This document shows, piece after piece, positions 20,960-32,988 of a stretch of DNA of 35,747 bases. Each line of letters starts with the position of its first letter. The stretch's first letter is position 1. The position numbers were made by a program, and so were the translations under genes. Where the stretch lies: assembly GCF_001194135.2 (NCBI RefSeq), contig NC_068988.1, forward strand, positions 42,925,942 to 42,961,688. Reading direction: 5' to 3'. The notes below the pieces were generated by a model that had not been told where the DNA came from, made no database searches, and worked only from the letters and a program-made list of their open reading frames with translations. The DNA comes from Octopus bimaculoides (taxonomy: Eukaryota).

Positions 20960-21300
20960 ACGGCCTGTATATTTCGATGTTTGTAGTTCTTGTAATGTTA
21001 TGCTGTCGAACGAGACAAGATTGGTACGTTTTCATTTCAGTTGCTTTCAATGTCTTTGTTCGTGGAATTAGTACAGCTTTGGTCCTTGTTGCGTAGGTTG
21101 CATATTCATAATGAATGGTTTGGGGAAATTCGAGAAGAATGATAGGTTGTATCATTTGCATTAGAGTGGACGTAACGACAGAGTAGATCATTGATACAGA
21201 ACCGAATCCTGGAGCACTCTTGAGTTGAATATACCGTAGAACAAAAAAGCCCAGTCAACACTCTCCAAGGTGTTGCGATCTAAGTGAGAAGTTATCAATC
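20960..21300 (-). pseudogene. Possible RT fragment of an R4/Dong-like non-LTR element
   Basis: TRTKAVLIPRTKT...KTYQSCL resembles the T-LIPK----KNYRPI-CL RT motif. Very decayed. Confidence 0.35.
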
Positions 21301-21590
21301 CGAGAGATGAGAAGCGGTTGGAGCTCATAAGCGGGCTGTTTGATATGAGATTCACAGACTAGATTAGGTTCGAAAGCTATATTGATGTGTGTGGAGGGGG
21401 TGACAACAATAAATTCTCCAAATTTCTCTGAGACGAGAACATACTGGTGGCTGACAGAGAATAAATATGTTTCCAGTGGATTTGTTTTTAAGGAAACCCT
21501 GGTGGTGATCATTAAGGGGAGAGAGGGGAGAGAGAGAGGGAGAGAGAGGAAGAGAGAGAGAAAGAGAAGGAGAGAGAGAACGAATATATA

Positions 21591-22869
21591 TTGAGTCATC
21601 TCATAAATAATAGTTTTTTTATACTTTTATTTTTCAAAATGAAGATAAGCAAAGTTCCTTTTCCATTTAAAATATACTCTCCTTAATTTTCTACAATGTT
21701 CTTCCATTTATCTGGTAGACTCGCAACGCCCCACTCCCAAAATTCACTTGTCCGTGACGAAAAATACTCCTCCAGTACTGCTCTGACCTCCTCCACAGAA
21801 TTCATATTTTTTCCGTCCAAATGATTTTGAAGACTGTGGAATAAATGATAATCAGATGGGGAAATGTCCGGCAAATATGGTGGGTGGGGCATCGTTTCCC
21901 ATTCAAACTGCTCCAGCCTTTGGAAAGTTATCCTTGCTGCCTGTAGCCGAGCATTACCCTAATGGAAGAATACTTTTTTGCCTTCAAGCCGAAGATGGTC
22001 ATTTTTCTTCTAGCACTGACTTAAGCCGTTCAAGGTACTCGCAGTAGATCTCCTTTGTCATCGTTTGGTTTGAGTTTAAAAGTTCAAAGTGGATTAAACC
22101 TTTCATATCCCACTAAACAGATAACATGTTACGTGGGTGAAGACCTTCTTTATCTTGGGGTACCATTGTTTCTCCTTTCCCTACCCACTGTCTTCGGCTC
22201 TTGACATTTCTATAGAGAACCCATTTCTCATCACCAGTCACTATTCAGTCCAAAAATGGTTCATTCGTGAGACGTGACAGCAAGAAGAGCACACATTCAC
22301 TCTCTTTGCGCAATTAGACTCGGAAAGATTGTTAGGAACCCATTGACCCAATTTGCTGACTTTTCCGATGGCACACAGGTGTCGATGAATGGTTGAATGA
22401 CCAAATCAAAGCTTTTCTGCTAGTTCCTCAACAGTTACGATGGGATTTTGTTCCGCCAGGGTTTGCAGGACGTCCTCGTCAGAGCTCTACAGATCTTCCA
22501 GGATGGAGCTCGTCTTCTAGGCTGTAGTTTCCGGTTCAGAATTTCTGGAACCACCTTTGACATTGGTTTACGCTTATTGCCCGATCACCATACAGCGCAT
22601 TAATATTCCTTGCACTTTCCGTTGCGTTGTTGCCTTTATTGAACTCATAAAGCAAAATATGCCGAATATGCTCCTTAGTCACTTTCATTACAGGTTTGAA
22701 AAAATAACTGTTAAAATCGAACTGCACTTCTCAAAATTTGCAGTAAGAATAAGGACAAGATAGAATGATTACCTTCTTTTATAGCAAGTTAATGCAAGTA
22801 GTTTATCCCATCCTCCTCCGACTTTTAGTTCATGCAATTGAAAAACCGCATTATTTATGGGATGACTCA

Positions 22870-22870
<1 letters not shown>
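21591..22870 (-). mobile_element. Full-length (1280 bp) mariner DD34D transposon
   Basis: TIRs TTGAGTCATCTCATAAATAAT (21591-21611) and its inverse ending at 22870 (20 of 21 match), with TA on both flanks. Confidence 0.95.
21665..22688 (-). pseudogene. mariner transposase pseudogene
   Basis: MKVTKEHIRHILLYEF..., WVPNNL (similar to WVPHEL), VTGDEKW, FH*GNARL (decayed QDNARPH) and HPPYLPDISPSDYHLF. Multiple stops and at least one frameshift. Confidence 0.93.
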
Positions 22871-22918
<48 letters not shown>

Positions 22919-23061
22919 AGTGTATTTATGTACAATATATAGAAACAAAAGCATGCCAAATTTATCTTTAACCCAATAACTTACTACGTGCATGGTGTTA
23001 AGCTATGGCTTGTCGGACTGAACTCCTGTATTAGTGTATATCAGATAATATCGCTGTACAA

Positions 23062-23177
23062 AGTACATTATGCTGCAGCAGTACACACGTCCCCAAATTT
23101 CACGATTGATAAATGTACTATTTCAACTACTACTACTACTACTACTACTAGTAGTAGTAGTAGTAGTGGTGGTGGTG

Positions 23178-23218
<41 letters not shown>

Positions 23219-23225
23219 GGTGGTG

Positions 23226-23269
<44 letters not shown>

Positions 23270-23333
23270 TGAAACAGTACATTTATCAATCGTGAAATTT
23301 GGGGACGCGTGTACTGCTGCAGCATAATGTACT
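23062..23333. repeat. Long inverted repeat (65-bp unique arms, 2 mismatches) around (CTA)n/(TAG/TGG)n
   Basis: 23062-23126 is the reverse complement of 23269-23333 except at 2 positions. Confidence 0.95.
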
Positions 23334-23347
23334 CCCCATCTTTTATC

Positions 23348-23351
<4 letters not shown>

Positions 23352-23399
<48 letters not shown>

Positions 23400-23607
23400 T
23401 AGTTTTATTTTTATAACGTGCTTTCACTTCACTACCGAGCGCAGCTCTGTGCGCCTTGGGTATGTGCTGTGGTTTGCTGTGGTGCTCTTATGTTTACTGT
23501 ATTGAAAGTGTTTTGCGTAGGATGTGTGCAGTACCCAGTAGTGCAATTTTCTGTATGTTATATATATTTGTAAGTCCTGCTATTTTTGTTATGTATTTGT
23601 CTGAATA

Positions 23608-23610
<3 letters not shown>
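23352..23610 (-). mobile_element. 3' fragment of an R4/Dong-like (RLE-endonuclease) non-LTR retrotransposon with a (TAA)n tail
   Basis: Minus-strand ...IQKIALLGTAHILRKTLSIQ* (stop at 23494) is the typical RLE C-terminal QKxxLLGTAxILR motif. A short 3'UTR follows, and (TAA)n lies on both sides. Confidence 0.8.
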
Positions 23611-23667
<57 letters not shown>

Positions 23668-23927
23668 NNNNNNNNNNNNNNNNNNNNNNNNNNNNNNNNN
23701 NNNNNNNNNNNNNNNNNNNNNNNNNNNNNNNNNNNNNNNNNNNNNNNNNNNNNNNNNNNNNNNNNNNNNNNNNNNNNNNNNNNNNNNNNNNNNNNNNNNN
23801 NNNNNNNNNNNNNNNNNNNNNNNNNNNNNNNNNNNNNNNNNNNNNNNNNNNNNNNNNNNNNNNNNNNNNNNNNNNNNNNNNNNNNNNNNNNNNATAATAA
23901 TAATAATAATGATAATAATAATAATAA

Positions 23928-24014
23928 CATCGAAAAATACCTTAGGAATGAGAACCCAGGTTCGAAATTTCCCCAAGACACCTGGTGAAGGCTGGAAGGT
24001 ATATCAGAGAATAC
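23928..24014 (+). other. Repeat fragment after (ATA)n with a possible decayed hammerhead-like core (Penelope/retrozyme-type end)
   Basis: CTGGTGA-AGGCTG-loop-CAG-AGAATAC resembles CUGAUGA-stemII-GAAAC but has core mismatches, and stem III is absent. Confidence 0.3.
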
Positions 24015-24178
24015 AGGTAATACCGAGTAAGTGCTGTATACCGACTAGTTTGCCCCAGTCGTTGTATGAACAGGATTGGGGATTATAAGTCGTGTATTAG
24101 CGTGTGTATATGTAAATATATAAAAATAAAAAGATAAAGAGAGCAATGGTAAGGTTGGAGAAGTATTTTATGGATAGA

Positions 24179-24215
<37 letters not shown>

Positions 24216-24249
24216 TGTATGTATATGTATGTATGTGTGTTATGTGTCT

Positions 24250-24450
24250 TTGTGCTTGTGTTTGTCACTCCATCGCTTGAAAACCGGTGTTGGTTTGCTT
24301 ACGTCCCCTTAAATTAGCGGTTCGGCAAAAGATATCTATAGAATAAGTACCAGGCTTAAAGTACTGGGGTCGATTCGTTCGACTAAAATTCTTCGAGGTG
24401 GTGCCCCAGCATAACTGCAGTCTACTGACTGAAACAAGTAAAAGATAAAA
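24250..24450 (+). mobile_element. SINE family A, 3' half
   Basis: CATCGCTTGA...GCGGTTCGGCAAAAG...CCCCAGCATAACTGCAG...GAAACAAGTAAAAG. Confidence 0.85.
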
Positions 24451-24765
24451 ATAATAATATATATTTGTGTATATAAGCATCTGTGTCTGCGCACGCGAGC
24501 GCATTCGTGTATATTTATAGATCTTCTCAACATAAATATCTAAATTTCTTATTTTACAACGAAAGCATTTCCGTCAGATCGCCTTGCCTTCCTGCCAATC
24601 CGTTTTTCTTTCTTTAATCACAATTTTCCAAGAGTGTCTTTGACGTTGTATTGAAGGAAGCGATTTATCACATAATGATCTTACCAATAGAATATGGCAA
24701 TTACACACACACACATACACGTACAATTTGTCTCTGTGTGCGTGTATCTATCTATATACATTATA

Positions 24766-24805
<40 letters not shown>

Positions 24806-24808
<3 letters not shown>

Positions 24809-25037
24809 TTTTTCTTTTACTTGTTTCAGTCATTTGACTGCGGCCATGCTGGAGTACCGCCTTTAGTCAAACAAATCAACTCAAGGACTTATTCTTTGTA
24901 AGCCTAGTACTTACTCTATCGCTATATTTTGTTGAACCGCTAAGTTACGGTGACGTAAACACGCCATCGTTATGTCAAGCGATGCAGTGAATACAAACGC
25001 ATACGCACCAATACATGCATACATATATATGTCTGTA

Positions 25038-25069
<32 letters not shown>

Positions 25070-25598
25070 NNNNNNNNNNNNNNNNNNNNNNNNNNNNNNN
25101 NNNNNNNNNNNNNNNNNNNNNNNNNNNNNNNNNNNNNNNNNNNNNNNNNNNNNNNNNNNNNNNNNNNNNNNNNNNNNNNNNNNNNNNNNNNNNNNNNNNN
25201 NNNNNNNNNNNNNNNNNNNNNNNNNNNNNNNNNNNNNNNNNNNNNNNNNNNNNNNNNNNNNNNNNNNNNNNNNNNNNNNNNNNNNNNNNNNNNNNNNNNN
25301 NNNNNNNNNNNNNNNNNNNNNNNNNNNNNNNNNNNNNNNNNNNNNNNNNNNNNNNNNNNNNNNNNNNNNNNNNNNNNNNNNNNNNNNNNNNNNNNNNNNN
25401 NNNNNNNNNNNNNNNNNNNNNNNATATATATATATATTGGAAGGTTTGGAGGTGATGTACAGAAATTATATTATAGAAAAAAATTAAGGTACTCAGAAAT
25501 CTGGATGTTTGTACATTTACAGATTTTTATTAATGCCACATGTTTTATAAATTAAATTAAGCGCTTTTCACCTAATCGTGTAGGATTTTCAAATTGTT

Positions 25599-25632
<34 letters not shown>

Positions 25633-25699
25633 AGTAGAAGATACTTGCCCAAGGTGCCAGGCGCTGGGACTGAGCCCAGGACCATGTGGTTCGGAAGCA

Positions 25700-25700
<1 letters not shown>
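24806..25700 (-). mobile_element. SINE family A: 3' half (24806-25010) and head fragment (25633-25700), separated by an expanded microsatellite and gap
   Basis: Both segments are reverse complements of family A. Whether they belong to one copy cannot be shown across the gap. Confidence 0.65.
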
Positions 25701-25745
<45 letters not shown>

Positions 25746-26148
25746 TCTCTAGAGTATGTTTCTTTTCTGTTATATGTTTTATTAACTATATATCTCTATA
25801 TATATTGACAGTAATACCTGTATGCATGTAGTCTTGTTATAAAATTCGGTCTACAAACTCCTCTTCGGTAACCTAGGTTCATTGTTGAACCGATTCGTTT
25901 CTCTAATTGGTAATTCATCGCGATTTGCTCACCTTTTCTATCCAAATTGCTGGTTATAATAGTTGAATACTGCTTATTAAAAATGTAATTTTCTGTCGGA
26001 TACAGTTCATTTACATAATGGTACAAGACTGACGAGCTGGCAATAGTTACTAGTGTACCAATATAGCATTGGCTATGAATAAAATATACGGTCTCATATA
26101 TGTGTTCCAATATATGATATTATCAGTAGAATGGTTTGAATGATATAA

Positions 26149-26200
<52 letters not shown>

Positions 26201-27640
26201 TCTCGCTCTCTCGCATATACGCAAAATTATGTGTATGTGTTTGTGTGTCTGTATTGATTTATGGATATATCGATTTATAACTTTGGTGCAAGACAACAAA
26301 TTTGGTAGTAATGAAGAGTTGATTAACCAATGAACGATAGAGAATTCCCAGAACAAGACAGAGAGTATTTAAACAATATGAAGAGTGTTCTAGCTGGGCC
26401 ACACTCCAATGAGTGAAACAAATAAATGAGTAGTTATTAGTTGAATGTTATTGTAGAATGAATATGTAGTTTCAAAGGCCAGTACATCACTGGTGCTTAG
26501 TTTAATGACACTAGAAGGCTGAAAAGCAAAGACAAACTCGACAGGAATCGAACTCGGAACGTAAAAAGTTACAATTAGATACAAGAAGTTATTTTGTCCT
26601 TTACTCTCATAATAATCCTTTGTCATTTCTATATAAAGTTCCCTATATGTGAAGGGTTCTCTCCACGAACGAACTGAATAACGAAAGGTTTTTCTGCAGA
26701 AAATTAAATTCGCATTACGAACTGAAATTTGGTCAACGAACCACGAGCAGACTACACGTACTTATAAAGTGACTGGGGGCCCATTCGCCTGACAAGATGT
26801 AATTTCAACAAGAAAATGTTACTAGCGTAGGCTCGCATATAGTGGCTGAAAGAATGTGTTCAAACGGTTCGTTAATGTACGCATTTCATCTAGTTTGCAG
26901 ATTTTCCTATTTTATATAGAAAATACAAATATTTCTCATATGGTTTTGCAAAAATAGTAACCATGGATGGACAGAAGCAAGAGAACGGTAAAAAATGCGC
27001 GCGCGCGCGCACGCGCGCACACACGCACACACACACACACACACACACATATGTATTTGATATTAAGGGTGAACAAATAGAACATTATTTTACCTTTATG
27101 GTGAGGTTGTGTCCGGCATGGAACGGATAACTTCTGTTTATATGTATCTAAGTTACTCATAGAACGAAGTTTGGATTAATTAACAGAGCTTGAGAGCGGA
27201 TGATATTCGTGTATAGAGCCCTCACTGTATGTTAAATTCAACTATTGGTGTAAGGCCACACATTTTTGCGGGAGGACATAGTCAAATCCATCCTAGTATT
27301 TAACTAGTCCTTTACTGTACAAACTTCGGAAGGAGGATAGGCAAAGCCGATCCTGTCATTGTTTGATGTCTGAACGTTAAAAGACGCAAATAATTTGGTT
27401 TTACGCGCTACTGATTCTCTCAAACTACTAGCTTCTCGGTTTATATATATCTTGAAGAACAAAATATAGCATTTTAAAATCATTATTTGTATTTTACTAC
27501 TAACGAACGTTATTGTTACAAATGTGTGCGCGCACATACGTGTGTGTGGGGGTATTTATATATACATATATGTATATGTGTGTCTGTGTAATGTCTATTT
27601 ATTACATATGACTTAATGAGTGATGTGATATGTATGTACG

Positions 27641-27669
<29 letters not shown>

Positions 27670-27671
<2 letters not shown>

Positions 27672-27924
27672 CTCTTTGAAAATCAAAGAGAAAGAAGATA
27701 ACTATGGACAACTATTTCGAAACCCTCAACTTCTATGTCCAGATTACAAGTTTACATTTATACCAATAATAATTGGAGCATTTGGTTTTGTAAGCAAATA
27801 CTTAACTGTCAGTCTGGATAAGCTTGAATTTTTAGAAAAAGAAATCAACCAACTGATTCGCTCATTACAAATACTATCTGTAAGCGGAACAATAATACTA
27901 TGCAAAACTTTTCTCAGGTTTAGA

Positions 27925-27927
<3 letters not shown>
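27670..27927 (+). pseudogene. C-terminal RLE endonuclease fragment of a non-LTR retrotransposon (R2/R4/NeSL/HERO-type)
   Basis: KIKEKEDNYGQLFRN-QLL-PDYKFTFIPIIIGAFG...LIRSLQILSVSGT matches the RLE pattern EK--KY--L...IPIVIGALG...LQ---L-GT. Open frame bounded by (TACA)n and (TG)n. Confidence 0.7.
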
Positions 27928-27954
<27 letters not shown>

Positions 27955-27961
<7 letters not shown>

Positions 27962-28153
27962 ATTCCTCACCACCGCTTGACAACCAGTGTTGGTGTGTTT
28001 ACATCCCTGTAAGCTAGCGGTTCGGCAAAATAGCGCTAATAGAGTAAGCAATAGGTTTATCAGAAAATAAGTCCTGGGGTCAATTCATTCGACTAAAACC
28101 CTGCAAAGCAGTGACCCAGTATGGCCGCTGTCAAGTAACTGAAACAAGTAAAG
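27955..28153 (+). mobile_element. SINE family A, 3' half
   Basis: CACCACCGCTTGACAACC...AAGTCCTGGGGTCAATTCATTCGACTAA...GAAACAAGTAAAG. Confidence 0.85.
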
Positions 28154-28899
28154 AAAATGTGTGTATGTGTGTGTGTGTGTGTGTGTGTGTACTATATTGT
28201 AGTCCTCTGAACCAAAAAGTGGTTTATTTATTTATCGTTTCTGTTGTAGGATAAAAACGATATAATGATCGTATAGCCCATGATGGGTAAATACTCAGTA
28301 TCGATATAATTGGTAGAAGTTGCCTTTTTAAATTCTAATACAGTCAATACTTTTGAATGTGTATCATGAGTTTCATTTCATTCTATTAGATATAATCAGT
28401 AGATTATTTTCAGTTGTGCTAGATACTATCATTCTATGGAAAGCTTTCTAGAAAATTCTTCCATGGCATATCTCATTGACATTGTTCCCTTCAAACGTGA
28501 TTAATAAAATCATAAATAAATTTTGTTTTTTCCCATTTATTTTATTATTTAAAAATTTTTTATTTTTGCCTTATTTACCTTCAAGTGATTTTGTAAACTG
28601 CTCTCTACCTGATAAGTTCACCGCATCAAATATTGTTCGAGTTGAGTTTATGTCTTTTTAGTAATGCTTCCATTTTAGATAACATCACACAGTGCTGCTT
28701 TTGTATGGGATTGTGACAATGGAAATAAATAATGGTTTCATTTTAATCTTCGCATCAAAATTAAAGATAACTGTAGAGTATTTCCATATCACATATTCGA
28801 AAATATCGAATGTAGACTAGCTTAGTTTTATATATGTATGTTTTATAGCAACGTCGTCTATGGAAGTAAATTGTTCTGTTGCTCCACTGCTTCAATAAA

Positions 28900-29108
28900 A
28901 TGTTCTGTAACTCCACTGTCAGCATCACCGTCTCTACCGTCATCGTAACCACATCGACAATTACAAGCAACCCCCAGCACTACCACCACAACTTTATCGT
29001 CAATGTTACCACCTGCAACAGGCACCAACCACATTCGCCATTAACCCATCCTGCATCACTATCATAACAACCGTGACGACTAAACTGCAATCTGTAACAT
29101 TCAGTTTC

Positions 29109-29150
<42 letters not shown>

Positions 29151-29268
29151 TCTGCTACTACTACTACCACCACCGCCACCACCACAAACACCAGTACCGC
29201 AACAAATATGCAACAATTACTATTATTATTACAAACACTAGTACAACAACAACAACAACAACAACAAC
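28900..29268. repeat. Low-complexity and compound trinucleotide repeats (CTA/CTG/CCA/CAA)
   Basis: Directly visible. Confidence 0.9.
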
Positions 29269-29992
29269 GGGGCTAATGCAGTTTCGTACCTCTCCATGAA
29301 AAATTCATTTTTTTTGCAAAACTTTTTTCCGGATTCCTACGTTTTAGATGTCGGAGATTACGAATATGCAAAAAAAAAAATTTTTTTAATCCCCCACCCA
29401 ATTAAATTTTTTTATTTTGTTTACTTTAAAGCGAATTGACGAACGTATGCAAATCGAAATTAAACACAGACAAAAACATTAAAGCGAAAAGAATTTGCGT
29501 TATATTTGTCAATTAAATGTGGCGGTCCTATAGAAGACGGTGTTACTGTTGTTTTTAGTCCCAGGAAGACATTCAGATTTAGNNNNNNNNNNNNNNNNNN
29601 NNNNNNNNNNNNNNNNNNNNNNNNNNNNNNNNNNNNNNNNNNNNNNNNNNNNNNNNNNNNNNNNNNNNNNNNNNNNNNNNNNNNNNNNNNNNNNNNNNNN
29701 NNNNNNNNNNNNNNNNNNNNNNNNNNNNNNNNNNNNNNNNNNNNNNNNNNNNNNNNNNNNNNNNNNNNNNNNNNNNNNNNNNNNNNNNNNNNNNNNNNNN
29801 NNNNNNNNNNNNNNNNNNNNNNNNNNNNNNNNNNNNNNNNNNNNNNNNNNNNNNNNNNNNNNNNNNNNNNNNNNNNNNNNNNNNNNNNNNNNNNNNNNNN
29901 NNNNNNNNNNNNNNNNNNNNNNNNNNNNNNNNNNNNNNNNNNNNNNNNNNNNNNNNNNNNNNNNNNNNNNNNNNNNNNNNNNNNNNNNNNNN

Positions 29993-30021
29993 CTACTACT
30001 ACTACTACTACTACCACCGCC

Positions 30022-30083
<62 letters not shown>

Positions 30084-30320
30084 CACCACCACCACCACTA
30101 CCACCACCACCACTACCACCACCACTACTACTACTAATAATAATAATTTAATTACAACAAATACAACTCCCACTAACACAGTCGCTATTACTGCAACCAT
30201 CACCACTAAAATCACCTGCATTAAAACAGCCACTGCTGCGATAACCACAACAACAACCACCACTACTATAATCGCCACTTACACGCACTTACACAACCAC
30301 CACTCTTACTTACCACCAAC
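29993..30320. repeat. (CTA)n/(CCA)n compound microsatellite decaying into ACN-rich low-complexity sequence
   Basis: Directly visible. Confidence 0.9.
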
Positions 30321-30609
30321 ATCATCACAGCTTATCACAAGACATCCATTAATGTTCCTCTATGTATCATGTAACGCACTCATGCAATCAGTCTACGTTT
30401 TAAAATCCGCTACGAGGGGGGGGGGGTCCAAAACACACTGATGTCTACACATCACACAGGTGCAATAGCTATCATGCTTGGATACATATAATCAGTGAAA
30501 GCAGAAAGAATACTGTATAAACTGTAGGATACATTCCTTCGAGATGATTTGTGTGATAATATATGATGAACACATTTGATTAGATAACTGCCAAATGCGG
30601 ATAATCAAT

Positions 30610-30757
30610 AGGTGCAGGTGTGGCTGTGTGGTAAGAAGTTTGCGTATAACCACATGGTTTCCCGGTTCAATCCTTCTGCGCGGCAACTTGGGCAAGTGTC
30701 TTCTACTATAGCCTCGGACCGACCAAAGCCTTATGAGCGAATTTTGTGGACGGAAAA

Positions 30758-30796
<39 letters not shown>

Positions 30797-31007
30797 TGTC
30801 TATGTTTGTCCCTCATACTGCTTAAAACCGATGTTGTTGTGTTTCCGCCCCCGTAACCTAGCGGTTCAACAAAATAGATCGATAGAATAAGTGCTCTTCT
30901 TTAAAAGAATAAAATCACTGGGATCTATTGGTTCGGCTAAAATTCCTTTGAGTCGGTGCCCCAGCATGGCCGCAGCCGGTTGACTAAAACAAGTAATAGA
31001 TAAAAGA
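30610..31007 (+). mobile_element. SINE family A, full-length
   Basis: Head AGGTGCAGGTGTGGCTGTGTGGTAAG, internal (TG)n and 3' half. Confidence 0.9.
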
Positions 31008-31409
31008 TACATTTCTTTGGAATCGTCCATCACGAAATCTTAAAGGAAATATATGTAGTGAGAGGGTGACGAAGAGGGCTTGGACGTTATGAATTTCATT
31101 ACATTCCTTATGACCTAATTTAATTTAATCATCTTCGATATTCTTTCTTGTTATTCGTAACGGGTCACCCAAGACTTAAGAGGTACTGATCTCTGAACAC
31201 TAACAAACTCGCTCCTGCTCATGGTAAGGCCAGTAGTAGCAGCAGCACCTTTTCTAAATATGACATTGATATAATAAGAATACTATCACTATGAGCCCTA
31301 TCGTTCAACCTGCTAGAAATAGCAAGCAAATCTACCTCGAATTACACACTGATTTCTTAAAAAGGAAGAAGAATTTGTTGGAAAATGTTGTCCTAAGATC
31401 ACCATATCC

Positions 31410-31730
31410 GAAAGAAAGAAAATACCGGAGGGTGGCATATGGAAGATTATTTTATCAAAAATATGCTCGATCAGATCTGATCTTGGGCTAAAATACAACA
31501 ACAATCACAAGAAAAGCAACCAGGAGTATTTGAACGCGTAACTCGGGCTTCTCGCATTTGCAACATGCAGCAAAAATTAGCTATAAATAAATTTTCAAAC
31601 ACAGTCAAAATGTAAATATTGTTTTGAATCATGGCGGAAATAACTTGACAAACGACGGGAAACAACGAGGAAAAGAGATGCCTAAAGTTTGTTTCATTGA
31701 TTATAAGGAAGTATTTGCTGTGAGAAATAT
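31410..31730 (+). pseudogene. Possible RTE-like LINE RT fragment
   Basis: GKQRGKEMPKVCFIDYKEVF resembles the RTE motif KAREY-K--Y-CFIDY-KAFD. Upstream PKE--KYRRVA is a weak match to PK----NYR-IA. Confidence 0.35.
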
Positions 31731-31947
31731 TTTATCAGTAAGACACAGGGAAATTGAACTGTTTCTTATGGGAAGGGATGGACAGACAGTCTTTAATGTT
31801 ATTGCTTTAAATCAGGGATGTTGTTATTGTTGTCGTTTAAACTAGGTCAGCCTTGAAGTAAATGAAAAATATTTTAGCCACATCATCACATTTTAGTTTA
31901 GGCATTAAGCTCCTCTATCTATGGTGTCCTTCATATTTTAAGCACTA

Positions 31948-32194
31948 CAGTGATTCTCAGCCATTGTTTGCCTAAGGAACTCTCTGATTCCTATTTTACT
32001 TGGGTGGATCCTCATATCCATTCGATGTTCAGAAAATGCTCTTATAGTTTTACAATTAAATATTAGGAAGTGTGCGAAAAAAAAAGTGTTAAAATAATGT
32101 ATTGTAGGAATATAATTAATCTATTACATCAGTTTTAACAACAAAATGTTATATGGACCCACAAGGGCCATTAGACCTAGGTTGAGAACCATTG
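31948..32194. mobile_element. hAT (Charlie/MER5-like) MITE
   Basis: Ends CAGTGATTCTCAGCC and GGTTGAGAACCATTG approximate the CAGTGGTTCTCAACC TIR. A related copy lies at 34469-34727. Confidence 0.7.
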
Positions 32195-32321
32195 CACTAG
32201 AATGTATTTTCGAGATGTGGCTGCTGAGTTTCATGTTTAGCAGTAGGTGAAATTATATTGAGTAAATCTAAGATCAAATATATTCTATTCGTGGTTATTC
32301 CATCCTATTGTGTATCCAGCG

Positions 32322-32747
32322 CAGCGCTGGATTAGCTATTAAGCAAAATGAACACGTTTTTAGGGTATCAAGGGAAGTGGGTCGAGGTGCACCACAAAAA
32401 TGGTAAATGGTTTACGGCAAAAAGAAATCACTTTAAATTTGCTAAAATAATATTCGGAATGCCTTATCTCTACTAAGTATAGAAGCAGATGTGTTACGTA
32501 AGGCTAATTTTGAGGATCTGATCCAAGACTTTTCAGTCAAAAATGTAAGAGAAGATTTTTCAAATATAAATGAAGTGAAAGTATACAAAATTAAACATTA
32601 TATTCCATCTTACTGTTAGTTTTGTTTCATTTAGAAAATAAAAAAAATATCAGGGTTTGTTACTGTTTATATTTTGAATTACATATATAAGGGGTCACTA
32701 AAATATTTTAAGTGCTTGGGGTCTCTGTGGGACTTAATCTAGCCCTG
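32322..32747 (+). mobile_element. Non-autonomous hAT (Tip100-like) element retaining the transposase C-terminal dimerisation segment
   Basis: TIRs CAGCGCTGGATTAG and CTTAATCTAGCCCTG, 8-bp flanks ATCCAGCG and ATTCAGCA (6 of 8, probable TSD), internal ALSLLSIEADVLRKANFEDLIQDF (about 32461-32532). Confidence 0.8.
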
Positions 32748-32988
32748 ATTCAGCACGATGTTGTCCCCGTTAAGGCGGTAAAGAGTGATTTAGAGAAGAC
32801 TTAGCTGCTTTTTTTTTTATAGATTATAGTAACTGTTGCTTTTTAGACTGAAGTTAATTCTGATCAAGCAGGTATGATCAAAGCCACTCCAACTATGAAA
32901 GACCCATCGAAATTGCGTCCTTCCCCTTTTGTAACATGGCACGTAACTTAAAGGAAATTTGGCTGTTATTTCTAGCAGACTGTAAGTA

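Noticed and set aside
23068-23327. Mirror-image 85-aa ORFs on both strands
   Set aside because: They result from the DNA palindrome and trinucleotide repeats, not from genes.
29280-29582. AT-rich segment with TTAGATGTCGGAGATTACGAATATG, reminiscent of DNA-transposon subterminal sequence
   Set aside because: No TIR, TSD or second copy is visible and it is cut by a gap, so it cannot be supported.
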